A DNA stretch of 64,000 nucleotides, taken from NCBI GenBank assembly GCA_951406725.2, contig OX597817.1, positions 44,764,001-44,828,000 of the forward strand, in the 5' to 3' direction. The position numbers were made by a program, and so were the translations under genes. This document shows positions 13,320-27,377 of this stretch, in pieces (the stretch's first letter is position 1; each line of letters starts with the position of its first letter). The notes under the pieces are model-generated. The model did no database searches. It was not told the DNA's origin and saw only the letters and a list, made by a program, of their open reading frames with translations. The stretch comes from Octopus vulgaris (Eukaryota).

Positions 13320-13882
13320 ATCCGTGATTATCTGACTTTGCTGGAGGAATTACAAAGTCAACTTTGGCAGAATTTGAACTCAGAACGTAAAGACGAAGGA
13401 AATGTCGCTTAGATTTTGGCTGGCGTTGCTAACGATTCTGCCAGCTCGCCACCTTACCTAATTATTATACTGATTTCAAATTTTTGCATAAGGCCAGCAA
13501 TTTTGGGGGAGGGGCAAGTCGATTACATCGATCCCAGTATTTAAATGGTACTTACTTTATAAACCGCGAAATGATGAAAGGATGAAAGGCAAAGTCGACC
13601 TCGGCAGAATGTAGTCTCAACGCACAAAGGTGAAGGAAATACCTATTTCTATTTCTTTACTACCCAGAAGGGCCTAAGCTCAGAGAGGACAAACAAGGAC
13701 TGACAAACGGATTAAGTTGATTATATCGACCCAAGTGCGTAACTGGTACTTATTTAATCGATCCCGAAAGGATGAAAGGCAAAGTCGACCTCGGCGGAAT
13801 TTGAACTCATAACCTAACCGCAGACGAAATACCGCTAAGCATTTTGCCTGGTGATGTTAATGATTCTGCCAGTTCACCTCTT
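13320..13882 (-). mobile_element. cluster of SINE family A copies (fragment plus dimer)
   Basis: Repeated GGATGAAAGGCAAAGTCGACCTCGGC and GAACTCAGAACG motifs. Confidence 0.8.
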
Positions 13883-14887
13883 TAATTAATAATAATATTA
13901 CTTGAATAACTCAGGCGGGAACTTAAGTCTCATTCAATACGATTTGAATACCTATGATGTTGCTGCTTCAACGGCATAACCCAGCGTTTGTTTCCTTCCA
14001 GGAAGCGAACCAATCAGTGTTTTGTTTTTACACAAACTGCATTCAGGTGAATATACCACGTCAGTTTTGTTTTTATTTTGAAGTTACTAGTTGTCATTTA
14101 ATGTTAGATTTGATTGTTGTTTTTTTACAAGTGGGGTAGGTAAGTAGATGCACAACTTGGACGTATTTTATCGGCTTGGAAGAGATAAAAGCAAAGTGGA
14201 TATTAGAAGGTTTTGAACGCGAAGATGAGAGAAGAAAGTGACGTCTGAATTGCATTGACTTTAACACTTTATTTCTTTTAACAATGCATCGATTAACATT
14301 CTTTTATATAGTAGTGAGACTTTATTGTGACTTCCTTGCAGTCATCATTGTACCAATGTCAATATAAAACTTTAAGCTTTTAACCCCTGCTATAAGCTCT
14401 GCTATGAACGTGCGCAAGCAATATAATAACGTCTAGTTGTTTTACGGCATCAAATACAATCGAGAGAAACATATTTTCATCTCTCAAAAATTGATATATT
14501 CATAGCAAAGTCTGCTTTTTGCAGACTAGAGCAGTTAAATCTTCCAGCTGTCCTCACTGAACTTTTATCATATTTTGCAATTTGCTTCGAGAACAAACAA
14601 AGTAAAGAGCCACAAAATAATATATAACCTTAATCTTCGTCCAGTGTTATTTATTGTTAATAGCATTATTGGTTACTTAGTAAAATAATGGTAGCTACAG
14701 GTAACAAGACCTTGGAATAGTTTAAACATGTCTCAGCTGAAGTTGCTAAAGATCTTTATATCTATTAAATTACTACTTTCTCTAAAATCTTGACTTCCGG
14801 TTCTTAAGTTACATCGAAAATATTATAGGTCTGAGATGTAATATGCATGCAGACATCTTTTCCTCGGCAGTCTACCACTTACTTTCT

Positions 14888-15186
<299 letters not shown>

Positions 15187-15732
15187 CCGTGTGTGTGCCA
15201 GTGTGAATGTGTGCGTGTGCCTGTGTTTATACAAGTGTATAGAACACACACACGCACATATACATACACTCATACTTATATATGAATATTCTTGAATCAT
15301 AGATCAAGACGAAATCTGCAGGACTCTCTTAGTTGAAGAAAACTGCAGAACAGTTTTCTTAACAACTATATTATATATGAGAACTTGTATATAAGAACTA
15401 ATGCTTTCAAATTGGTACAATGACATCGAGTCCGGCGAAGGGACTAGTCAATTACATCGACTACAGTAGTCAAATGGTACTTGTTTGATCGACCCCGAAA
15501 GATGAAAGGTAAATTCGACCTCAGCGAAATTTGAACTCAGAACGTAGGAATGGACGAAAAGCTGCCAAGTGTTTTCCTCCGTGGTTTTACAAATTCCGAA
15601 ACCCATAGAATAAGTACTAGGCTTACAAAGAATGAGTCCTAGAGTCGACTTGCTCCACTAGAGGCGGTGCTCCAGCATGGCCGCAGTCAAATGGCTGAAA
15701 CAATTAAAAGAAAAAAGAATAAAATAATGATG

Positions 15733-15789
<57 letters not shown>

Positions 15790-15794
15790 GTGAT

Positions 15795-16830
15795 TATGAA
15801 TTTAAGAGGCCGAGCATGATTTGAATCGATTACCAAGATGCATTTGACAGTATTCTCCATATATGGCGACTGGAAACACCAGTCATGAACAAGGTAGCAC
15901 CAACCAAAATAATATATGCAAAGCAGGCCATAAATAAATGACAAACAGTGCTGTAGTTCCAGACAAAAGAGGAGCTAAAAAAAACTAAAGCCATTCCCAT
16001 TCGAAGAGGAATATTCCCCTCCTTTCTGCCTTTAATTGACATCCTAAACACCTGGATGTGGCTGTAACTACTACGGTAAAACAGTAAACCATCTTTGGTT
16101 TATGGATGATCTAAAACTGTATGCTGTAAATAATAAACAACCGGATAATTTACTACAGATGTGCATAGATTTACCAAAGAAATAAGAATGAAATTCAGCT
16201 TAGAAAATTGTGATAAAGCAATCTCAAAAAGAAGAAAACTAGTTAAGATTAACAATATCACACTAGATAAATAAAATAAAATAAGAGAATCAAACCAAAC
16301 ACAGATATACATATACCTAGGAATTAATGAATTGGATGCGGTACAACACACACAGATGAAAGAGTATATAAAGAAGGGATACTATAGATGAATTACGTTA
16401 ATACTAAAACAGAGCTCATCGCAAAAACAGGATGATAAGTATCAATACACTAGATGTCTCAGTTGTAAGGTACAGTTCCAATATTGTTAATTCGACACGA
16501 AATGAACTAACTAAACGAGACATGAAAGACAGAATTTAGCATTAACCACCCAAACTCTGAAATAGAAATGTTACGTATAAAAAGAGCTAGAGGCCTTATA
16601 TACCTAGAAAGCTACTATAAAATAACCACCATAGGATTAGAGAATATCTAACTCTGAAACAGGGAAAACTGGTACAATTAGCAGTAAAATATGAGCAAAT
16701 GAACAAAAACTGTTTTCTGGAAACCGAAAAATACAAGAAAGAGGTCATAGTACCCGAAAACTACGAAGAAAAGTAGGAAACAAGAAAAGCTGTTAAGCAA
16801 CTAAAATCTAAGCTAAAAGCTAGGTATAAC
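15795..16830 (+). mobile_element. degenerate R4/Dong-clade non-LTR retrotransposon RT fragment
   Basis: Manual translation KAIPIRRGIF..., VNHLWFMDDLKLYA, YIYLGINE; lies directly after the (TAA)n tract at 15724-15790. Confidence 0.7.
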
Positions 16831-19011
16831 TTAATTGGCGAAGGCATGAGTATTTGGTTAAGAGTCTCACTGCCCTATGCCTTGGGTAATTGTCTTGTAT
16901 TAAAACCAGGGCCCCACCAACATCATGTTAGAGGAGTGAATTCGGTTGAGGAAAACTAGAAACTTGTCGCCTATATATGTATTTATCTGTGTGAACCTTT
17001 GTGTCTGTGTTTGCTCACTTCTGCCTTGCTTGGCAAATAGCGTTAGTTTCTTTACATCGTTATATCGCGGCGGATTGACAATATAAATACCAGATAAATA
17101 TTGAATTGGAGTTGTTCGACTAAAATCCTTCAAAGCGGTTTAATGGCCGAAACAAGTAAAAGATAAAAAGTTTCTTTAAATATACATTATTGCATGAGCT
17201 TGTGAGTGTGTTATTACATGGTTGTATAATCATAGATAAATAAAAGACAAATCTCCTTCACATCATACCCTGCCGTCTAAGAGAAAGAGAATACTATCTA
17301 CATCTGAAACACCAAGAGGAAGGAATGCTTAACGGGCATGGGTCGAACGTCTTTCAGAATTATTCTGGTATATTGAAATGGTCCTCGACTCACCGACCAC
17401 ATCAACATGTATTTAGGGTGATTTATACTCTTTCTGTCTTGTTTTTTCAGCTAGTAATAAATATATAAATGCCAGGTGTGTAACTTCCCCCGAAGGTATG
17501 TATATATATATATTTAAGCACAATAACCATGAAGGCATCAGGTGTTGGTAGGGTACTGTAGGCATGTAAGTATCAAATGCAATTTAAACTCAACTTCAGT
17601 TGACTCCAGACTGGTTATAGCGGATCCGTATGTATAAAAAGAACAGAAATGGAGTTAAGAACGTATGACAGCTGCTTCGATAAAATGTTATTGGTGTATT
17701 CATAGATTACATCATAGAATATTACCCACCGTCTTTAGATAAAATTCTAAACAGGTATAAACAGGTGATGATGAATCCAAGCAACATTGTTGGATAATTT
17801 GTATTGTAAAGGAAATATCTAAGATTCGAATTTATAAAGAAAATAGGAGAGGCTGTAACGGGTGTGGGAGTGACAGACAAATCAAACGACTCTGTTACTT
17901 CAAATCACCTACTTCAATTAGTCTAGAGGCAATGTCTATGAGAGCGTACAAGAATTACAGATATTCGGTAGCCATGAGATGTTCTTAACGTCACTTAAGT
18001 CAGGCAATTAAGAGAGACGACAGAAAGGAAACCTCAGGGCAGCAGAAAATCATACAATTGTCATCATCTTTTCACGCACCTTTCTGCAGAGTCTACCCGA
18101 CCCAATCATCACATGAATTGGCAGACAAGCCCTCACTCGGGGAAAGTTACTACATATTGGCTAACCTAACCTTGTTTAGTCCGCCAGTCGATGAAGTCTC
18201 CCGGAGCGTGGCCGTGATTGTGTGCATAAAGCTACTTGGGACCACATTTGAGAGGTGGGTGGCAGGCTGTGAAAAAAATCATTCGAACCACCTTTAAGAA
18301 TGTGATCTGTTGTTACATTGTCAAATATGCTACCCCTTCCTGACGCCACACACTCACCCAAATAAAAACACATATACACTCTTGATAATTTATTTCATCC
18401 TGAATATACTCACAGCACAGAATTTTCGAACACAGTTTTGCCTCGTGTATTATCTGAGAATTTAGTAAATGCAAGCTGCAGACATACATACTCCATGCAC
18501 ATATCATCCTATTTACTCACACACAGAAAAAAGAAAAAAAACATGCAACACACTCATTGAAACAGACAGAAGTACATATATATATATATATATTTACATA
18601 TTTAAAAATATATTGCGGTAAATATTATCTGAATGTAAAATTTTACTCTTGTCTCCAAATTTTACATTATTTTGCTCTTAGTATGTTTATTTGCTTAAAT
18701 ATATCGTCACAAGACTTATAAACACTGAAACAAATAGCAAGATGGAGATGTCACATCAACACAGTGGAAATTCATAAAATACACAAGTATATGTAGCTTA
18801 TTTAACCTGTAATTTTCCAATCAATTCCAGTTTGTCTTCGTTTGTAATGTACCAATTAGTGATAAACTGATTCTTTATTTCAATTCCTTGCTGTGTTATG
18901 TTCGATCAATTTTTCAAACGTTCTTTATCTTTAGTTTTCAAATCACGCCTGTTTTGCAATGTGCAGTATAATGACTTGAATGCTACCCTAGTGTCTTGCC
19001 TAGGTCTTGTG

Positions 19012-19305
19012 TAGGGATCTTTTCGATTTGAACGGCAGTTTTTCTAGCGGTGTCATATGAAATTGTCACCCATAATTATAACCCTAGTATCGATCTATTG
19101 CATTTCAATCTCTTTTAGGGTTAGGGTTAGGGGTGGGGGAAGGGTATCTTTTTTTTTTCACAAATGTAAATAAACTCAATCTGTTTCTTAAACGAGGGAC
19201 ATATTCATACGGCACAGAATGCTTTTTAACTCAATAGACGTCACTGATTGGTTGAAATTGCAGAAATTGAAGAAAAACAACGAATATATTACAAACTATA
19301 GAAAG
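19012..19305. mobile_element. unclassified interspersed-repeat-like segment containing short TTAGGG repeats
   Basis: TTTTAGGGTTAGGGTTAGGGGTGGGGG at ~19114-19140; only one copy in the window. Confidence 0.3.
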
Positions 19306-19484
19306 GGATGTGAGTTCGAGTCTCACATAAATAGGAACATCTTTTTCTTTTTCTGTCGAGTGCTTTTATGCACATTTATTAGACTATTTTCCTTAGTTAT
19401 TGCACGGTAATCGCCACAAGTTTTAAACTTATATAAAACTACCGTTATTATATAAAAAAATATATATATGACATATATATATGT

Positions 19485-19695
19485 ATGTGTGTCTGTGTTT
19501 GTCCCCCACCATTGCTTGACAACTGACGTTGGTGTGTTTACGTCCCCATAACATAGTGGTTCGACAAAAACGACCTATATAATAAATACAAGGCTTACAA
19601 ACAGTAAGTCCTGGTGTCGATTTGTTCGACTAAATGCAGTACCCCTGTATGGCCACAGTCAAATTACTGCAACGATATAAGAATAAAAAAGAATA
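19485..19695 (+). mobile_element. SINE family B, 3' half
   Basis: GTGTTTGTCCCC..GCTTGACAAC..GGTGTGTTTACGTCCCC..GGCCACAGTCAAA. Confidence 0.75.
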
Positions 19696-20459
19696 AATTG
19701 ATATATATATATATATATATAATCTCCAACTAATCTTTAAAATGAATTTTTTAAAAACGCATTCTTTCGTTAGAGCAACCTAAATTTGGTGCATATGCTC
19801 ACACTAAGATCATTCATATGCAGTTTAGTTTGTAACATAGTTAAGGTATGATTAGATAATACATCCTTGTGACTGCATGAGTAGAAGTCAAATAATGGTT
19901 GGTGCAAGTCTGCATCCCATTGAAAAGCTCCTCCTCTCTTATTCTCTTCCATTCAAGCACTGCAAGGAGGATAACAACACGTGATGAGTTATCTCAACTT
20001 TACATTTAAGGGTGCTCAGCTTCATCTTAACAAATTCGCCGGCAACGCTTATTCTTAAATATTTAATGCTTTGCAAAAATTCGAATCTTATAGAACTAGT
20101 GATATGAATGACTGGATTTAATTCCCTAAAGTTGAACTCAAAAGAATGATATATTAGGCGCTAAGGTTCTATGTCAGATGAACTGACTTCTTTAAGTTTA
20201 TGAAACAGCGTTCTTTTCATAGGGCTACAATGCAGATTCATATAAATAGAGGCATAATATAATGCAGTGAATACCCACAAATAGTATTATGACATTGATT
20301 TATGCTTTCTCCTGTGTACAGAGGTAGTGCAAATATAGGTAGTATTTCAATTATAAACTAAGGAATATCGTATACAAACTGTTATCAAATATATATTTCA
20401 GATAAAAACGAAATATATTCAGAAAAGCAAAATCTAGAGGTTATATTGATTCAATATTG

Positions 20460-20865
20460 AGGCGGCGAGCTGGCAGAATTGTTAGCACGCCGGGCGAAAA
20501 GCTTAGCCGTATTTCGTCTGCCGTTACGTTGTGAGTTCAAATTTCGCCGAGGTCGACTTTGCCTTTTATCCTTTCGGGTTCGATAAACTAATTACCTGTT
20601 ACGAATTTGGGGTCGATGTAATCGACTTTATCCCTTGGTCTGTCCTTGTTTGTCCCCTCTGTGTTTAGCCCCTTGTTGGTAGCAAAGAAATAGGTATTTC
20701 GTCTGTCGTTACGTACTGAGTTCAAAATCTGCCGAGGTCGACTTTGCCTTTCATCCTTTCGGGGTCGATAAATAAAGTACCAGTTTCGCACTGGGGTCGA
20801 TGTAATTGACTTAATCCGTTTGTCGTCCTCTCTGTGTGTAGCCCCTTGTGGGTAGTAGAGAAATA
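20460..20865 (+). mobile_element. SINE family A, dimer
   Basis: Full head plus two body units joined at GAAATAGGTATTTCG. Confidence 0.88.
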
Positions 20866-20944
20866 TATATATATTGATTCAATATTTTGTAATGATTGAT
20901 ATAACAAGAGCTAAGAAGCAAATTTCATTATACAGAAAACATAT

Positions 20945-21368
20945 TGCTTTCAAATTTTGTCACAGTGCCAGCAATTTCGATGCAGGATGGATGCTTATAA
21001 TATCGATCCCAGTGCTCAAATGTTACTTATTTCATGGACCCCACAAAAGGAGGATAAGCTGGTGGACCTTGGAAGAATTTGAACTCAGAACGTATAGGTG
21101 GACGAAATGTCGCTAAGCATGTTACCTCTTTCTTTCTCTTTCTTTATTGCCCACAAGGAGCTACACACAGTGAAGACAAACAAGGACAGACAAACGGATT
21201 AAGTCGATCATATCGACCCCAATGTGTAACTGGTACTTATTTAATTGACCCCGAAAGGATGAAAGGCAAAGTCTACCTCGGCGGAATTTGAACTCAGGAC
21301 GCAAAGACAGACGAAATACCGCTAAACATTTCGCCCTGCGTGCTAACGTTTCTGCCAGTTCACCCCCT
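20945..21368 (-). mobile_element. SINE family A copies (inverted relative to 20460-20865)
   Basis: Reverse complement of the consensus. Confidence 0.8.
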
Positions 21369-21921
21369 TACTATTACATATAAACATATTAAAATATTGT
21401 CGCGTAAATAACTTGAAGATTTTTCTAAATACTTTATAGTTTTAAAATAATAAAGCAAACAACAAACAGACATATGCAAGGAGAATAGCAACCTATCAAC
21501 GTAACATTTGTACAAAAGTAGTATTTCGAACAGGCAATGTAAATAGAACAGAAGTGTAAATTGTGAAATATATTTACAAAAATACAGCTGTTTGATATAT
21601 TATGTTGTCGGGATTGTGTGAAACTAAAGTATTTGAAAGGCTGCTCAGGTACTTTGTAAACCGTCTGGGGGTTTTGCTAAAGCAGAAAATAATCTTATTT
21701 AATTCTGACATTACGTACTTTATCTATATCTTAATAGAAAGCTAATTTATTGCATAGAACGTCTATGAATTTTAGGGGAAGTATAATGCAATGAACAGCA
21801 AGCGAGAGACACTTTTGTCATCTCCATTGCGGCTGAACTGAAATCTGTGATACTCAAGGTGTTGAGTACATAATGCAAACCCAAGGTAGAAAATATTATT
21901 AACCAAACAGTATTGAAACTA

Positions 21922-22120
21922 AGGAAATGTACTTGCATAGCAAGTGACCTGATCTGAGATCGTGTGCTGGAACGAAAACAATTGCAGCGTGGAAGGTGTT
22001 TATAAGCCATTTAAGAAACACACAAAAACCGTTAGATTCCCTTCAACATTCAAATTTAATTTGTCAAAATATTTTCGTCGCTTTGAGACCGCGACCTGTT
22101 CACTGACAAAATTCCGTGCT
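21922..22120 (-). mobile_element. ~200-bp non-autonomous hammerhead-bearing element (same family as 48493-48830)
   Basis: High identity to 48635-48830 over its whole length, with the same 5' boundary (..CCGTGCT). Confidence 0.8.
22060..22110 (-). ncRNA. minimal type I hammerhead ribozyme, G3:C8 variant
   Basis: UUUGUCA-GUGAACA-G-GUCGC-GGUCUCAAA-GCGAC-GAAA-A-UA-UUU-UGACAAA. Helix I 7 bp, helix II 5 bp, palindromic AAAUAUUU. Confidence 0.7.
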
Positions 22121-22509
22121 AATGAAAAATATGTTATAAAAACATTGCCCCCATTTTTGTCTTCTACTTAGTAAAGCAACATCAGCTTAAACGACATATC
22201 AGAATACTTACCTATTATTACAAACAAATATTATGTTTGACTCTAGGTTTCAAAAGCATTTATAAGGCCCGTGCACGTTCCTTGCATGCGGTGTATTGCA
22301 TACAGTCTAATTGAGTTTCATTTATTCGCCGATGTGTGTAGGATACGAAAAATTGCTGTCTGACAAAGTTCATTAACACGCCTTTGTCGTGGATGGGAAT
22401 TGACCAGCATACTCATGATGGCGACAATAATGTTGTAAGAGTCTGTAGCGAGATCAATCTCTAGTATGGCATCCTGGAATCGACAAGCCTTTTATAGGGT
22501 TAGGGTTAG

Positions 22510-22950
22510 GCTCCACACGGTAATGTTTAATGAGACATCGAAGGAGCGGCGTCCAGTGGCATAATCGGTGACCCAGGTCAGTGAAGCAGCCTTCTTCATT
22601 AGATGATGGTGCAGTGTTGTGGAATAGTGCATATAGCCTGACGCGGCGCACAAAACTATGAATATCAGTCCGTAAATGGATTATGAAGCGTAGAGTGGAA
22701 TGTGCAAAGGAAGATGAAAGAGAGGAGAAAAAGGTGGAATAAGCGAGAGGCAGATGGCGGTCGAGGGTATATATTTTGGAGAGATTAGAACGAATGGCGG
22801 CACGCATAATGCGGTAGGATCTAGTACCGAGTATGAATAGGGTGGCAGAAGCAGAGTAGAAAGTGGGGGAGAAATGAAGGCGGTAACCTCTGGGGATGAA
22901 GTGGCAGTGAAGGCAGCAACTGAAAAATGAAACGTAGCTAGAGAAGCATA
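22510..22950 (-). mobile_element. possible N-terminal fragment of a Penelope-like ORF
   Basis: FHCHFIPRGYRLHF and DIHSFVRRVRLYALF...HWTP resemble PLE N-terminal segments (judged by eye). Confidence 0.35.
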
Positions 22951-24474
22951 GTTTTTTGAAAATCAGCGGGGAAAGATTAATAGAAGGTTAAAAGAAACGA
23001 AAAGGAAGTGTGAAAAGGTGTTTCTTTAGGCGGTAGTGAAGATGGATGAGGAAGGATTTGTTATCGGGCATGCTGGAAAAAGGAGAAAAAAGAAAAAAGA
23101 AGAAAATGAGAGAGAAAGGTAAAGTAATGATGTGCGGAGTATAAAAGTTCCAAAAATTCAAAAGTTGTGAAGAGAAGAAAAAAAGAAGAAAAGGAGAGAG
23201 AAATAGAAGAAAAGAAGAGAAGACGAACAGAAGAAGAAAAAGAGAGAGAAAAGCAAAGTAACAATGTACGGAGTAAGAAAAAACAGAAAGTTCAAAACAG
23301 TTCAGTCGTATGTTGTTTTTATATCCTGAGTGCATATTTCGCACCCGCTTGAATTCGCTTATGATAGCATTTCCTATGGAGAACTAGGAGCCATAGTCAA
23401 CAGATTTCGTAGTTCAATAAAAATTTAATTGGAAAATTCGAATCTGATTTCTTATAAAAAGATGCCACACTAGGTTATTTACATAATCTGCTTAGTTTTT
23501 AAGGTCTTTGAGATCAATATATTTCGCTATATGAATGTGGCCGACTGGCATAAATTTGCTGTCTCCATGTCGATATCTCAATTAAACTCAATTAAATTCG
23601 AATGAAATTATCACCTCGATAACAATTCTCATTTCACAACATTTCTCTTTCTCTTGAGATTGTGAGTAGGACTGAATGAATGATCACGGTACGTAATTCT
23701 GTTGTAGTTTGGTTACAGCTTCTTAAACAAGTGGTCGCGGCAACCGTGAATAACTCGTACTGATTGCACGAAGTACTTTAAAATGTTCACTATTGGTGAT
23801 AGATCCCATCCCTGAACAGTAGTGTATTGTCCATTTCTGTGTGAATAACTTCAAATTTCTCTTCTGCAACCACAAACCTCTATCTATCGAAAGGTGCCGA
23901 GTTACTTAACTGTGGTGATCTTTGCATTTTTAACATACTATAATCATTATAGGCAAAGTTTATTACTTCAACATCTGTTCATTGCAGCACTGCTATTTTG
24001 TTCTCAATCCAGCATAAAATAACTTTCTTTCATTATACGTACAAATTCATGAGATTTACCCAACTTCATCTTGACAGATGAAAAAGGACAGCATGATAAG
24101 AGCTGCATCACGAAATATTGTTCAATGATACTGAATCAAAACAGCGAAAGAAAAAAAACGTCTAACAAAAACCGAAGAAAAAAAAAACAGTTGAATAATA
24201 GTGGCGAGTCATTCTGAAATAGCCAAACTCTTTGCAGGAGTTTGGTTATTTCACACCTGTTACTTGTTTAGAACAACTGGAAATAAAGTACAGATTATTA
24301 GCCTCATATTGTCCTCACGGTTGATGCATTGTATACAGTACATTGCTCTTAAATAGTGTTACTAACATATATATTATAAAGACACAAATATTGTGTGAGA
24401 CAGATGCATACACATATACATACATACATCATGTATATATATATATCGTAAAATGTGACTATTCCTAACAATAA

Positions 24475-24477
<3 letters not shown>

Positions 24478-24542
<65 letters not shown>

Positions 24543-24578
24543 AATATAAGGGTAAAAAATATATATATATATATATAT
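24478..24578. repeat. (TA)n microsatellite at the 3' end of the Neptune element
   Basis: Direct reading. Confidence 0.9.
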
Positions 24579-24579
24579 A

Positions 24580-26820
24580 GTAGAAATATGTTACAAAAAG
24601 AAAATATAAAATACACGTGGAAATGTAAGGGGAAAATATGAAAAATCCACGAAAAAGCATATTGTAAATAAAAAAAGAAAAGGCTTTTTTTATGAAAGGT
24701 AACGACAGATATATACATTTAGATGGACTGAGGTAGTAATAAAAGTAAAAGTCATTATTATGAGATGATTAAAAAGTCAGAAAGAAAAGCATACCATGGT
24801 TTCTGCAAAGCTATTCATTGCTTTGAATAAACACCGGCTAATACACAGTGTCAGGTCTAATAGTTCCTGAGAAAAAAAAAACATTTGTAAGGGACGTAAG
24901 TGTTCTGGATTATTTGTAAGGGAGGTAAGTAGTTCTGGATTTAGTTATAGAGTTGTAATGTGAATGGCGTAGGGAGTGTATAGGGGTTAGTGGTTTTAAT
25001 TGATGGGTTAGTGGTGTTCTGTATTTAGTTGTGTGTTCATATTTAGTTGGGGGAGATATTTATTGATGGAAAATGCCTCTTAATTCAACCTTTGTTGCAT
25101 CGTGGTGTTCTGTGAACATTGATAGAAGGGGAAGATTTGGAAATTAAGATTAAGATTCCTGGCACGCATTTCTATGTGTTCACTAACCTGTAACTGTCTG
25201 TGGGTGGCGGATTTGCTCTTTGTGAATGGTGGTTTTTCGATGGAGTGCAATTTATGTTTGTCCAATATAGCGGTTACCACACCCTAAGCATGTCATGACA
25301 TAGAGTAGATTTTCAGAGGCGCAGGTGAAATTTGATTTGATCTTAAATATTTCTCCTTGTTTGAAGTGAAATTCTGAACCCTCCAAAAGGTGGGGGCATG
25401 TTCCACAGTTAGTACGCTCACATTTTTTCACTTTTGGCTCTGTTGTTAGTGGATACAGTCTTGCGCTGGTTAATATTTTTTTCAGTGACTTCGGTTGTTT
25501 TTTGCTTTTTATAATTTTGTATGAGCTTAAAATTTCGTTCATTTTGTCTGCTGTGAGGATGGGAAGATTTTGGGTGATAATGTTGAAGGCCTCGTTGTTT
25601 CTAGGGTTATGTGTGGAAATGTACGGGAGTATTTTTAATTCTGGTTTGCCTTAACATTTGTATATCTATTTCCTTAGCTCTTTTAATGCCTTCATTTATT
25701 AATGAGATTGGGTAATGTCTTTTAGTTAGTGTTGATCTAAGTTCAAGGAATCTTTGTTCACAAGTATATGTATCCGAAACTATGATACAGATTCTTTTCG
25801 CTAGATTAAAGGGTATATTAATTTTTCTGTGTTTGGGGTGGCAAGAGTTAAATAATAGGTATTGTTTAGAATCTGTGGGTTTATAAAAGATATCTGTTTT
25901 TATGTGGTTGTTAACTATTTTAATTAAGATGTCTAGTTGTTTACTGTTGTGTTCCATAGTGAATTGTATGTTGCTATGTATGTTGTTAAGCATTATTTTG
26001 AAATCAAGGAGTTTATCCATGCTGTCTTTCCAAAGTATGAAGTAATCATCCAAATATCTCTGCCAGTTCCCCTTTAAATAGCAATTAAAAGAGGCGCCAT
26101 ATTTTTCTAGTGATGATTGGTATAACCTGAGTTCTAGGTAACCTATTACAAGGTTTGCAATCACTGGAGCAGCTCTGGTTCCCATTGCAATTCCACATTT
26201 TTGTCGATAGTAAGTTGTATCGCACATGAAATAATTGTTCAGCAGGATGAATTTGAGTGCTTCAATTATAAAACTGTGGTTAATGCGTCCAGGGATCTCT
26301 TCTGGGTATTTTTCTAGCCAGATTGTGATTGATTCTATACCATAGTCGTGTGGGATATTGGTGTATAGATTCACCACATCGAAAGATACCAGCAGAGTTC
26401 CTTCCTTTACTGTCTTCGGGAGGTGGTTCAGCATGTCTAGGTCATCCCTGATAAAGCTTTTCACATATTTTAAAAACGTAAATATTTGAGTAATATGTCG
26501 AGGAAGTTGCTCAAACGGTGGGTTACACAAGAAGGGCCAGCTACGATGGGTCTCAGTTTGAGGTCAGTAGGGGGGGGGGGCATTAATGCATAGGCTTGTA
26601 GAGACTTTGCAGGCTTCACAAATGTGTGGATCTTTATGTATTTTGGGTAATTCGTAGAATAGACTAGGACTGTATTTAAAATTGGATAAATAGTCTATTT
26701 CATGTTTAGTGAGACCCCGCATTTTTGTTGCAAGATTCCCGATATTAAACTGTGTGTTGAAACAGATATTGTTGTATTTCGGGGTGGTATTCTTTTTAGC
26801 CAAAGAACCACAGGTACTAT
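24580..26820 (-). mobile_element. Penelope-like element, Neptune type (RT + Cys linker + C-terminal GIY-YIG endonuclease), frameshifted and 5'-truncated
   Basis: FYELPKIHK...LRPIVA, LVSFDVVNLYTNIP, YRQKCGIAMGTRAAP, WQRYLDD, TDIFYKPTDSKQYL; linker CERTNCGTC; NLLYVMTCLGCGNRYIGQT. Confidence 0.93.
24786..24824 (-). ncRNA. minimal type I hammerhead ribozyme, A3:U8 variant, in Neptune 3' terminus
   Basis: AAAGCA-AUGAAUA-GC-UUU-GC-A-GAAA-CC-AU-GG-UA-UGCUUU. Helix I 6 bp, palindromic ACCAUGGU, GUA triplet; helix II only 2 bp. Confidence 0.65.
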
Positions 26821-27073
26821 GTATTCGTTCTTTACTCTTTTATTACTGTAATTATATTGACTTATGTCAATTGTCCGGAAACTTTTCTCCATACATCAAT
26901 GACTTCTTCAGCGACACATTCCGTCCTTGGGTCTACCCCTACTACGCTTATGAACTAAGTGGAGAGCGAATATATAACGCGTGAGATTAGTTGGCATAAG
27001 AAACACAAAACAAATTACCGCCCGGAAATACAACAATGTACACACTCACACACACACAAACATACATACACAT

Positions 27074-27377
27074 ATGGGGATGCCTAAAAGACAAAGTCTA
27101 CACTATGAAACCTGCAACAGTCACTGATTTGAGAACAACCATTGAACAAGAATGCACACAAATATTAAACTAATTGGTTTTGTGATGTTTGCGATTCCAT
27201 TGCTTTGCTTTGTCATCGGTGCCTGGAGCGGAGCGTACGTCAGTTTGGAAACAGGTGTTGAATAACCAATAAAATCATGTCTGTAGATTCTATTAAATTT
27301 TGAAAATGAAATGTATTTTGATAAACATCTATTTTACGATTATTTAAAGTGTTTATACATTTTGGGGACACTCTGTA
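27074..27377. mobile_element. degenerate Tc1-like non-autonomous element
   Basis: End TACATTTTGGGGACACTCTG-TA resembles a Tc1 TIR; weak counterpart at 27074; internal DLRTTIEQEC-like remnant. Confidence 0.4.

Noticed and set aside
26850-26920. CTGAAGA-A-GTCA...TGAC motif on the minus strand at the 5' side of the Neptune element
   Set aside because: GAAA is replaced by ATAA and helix III is too short; too degenerate to call
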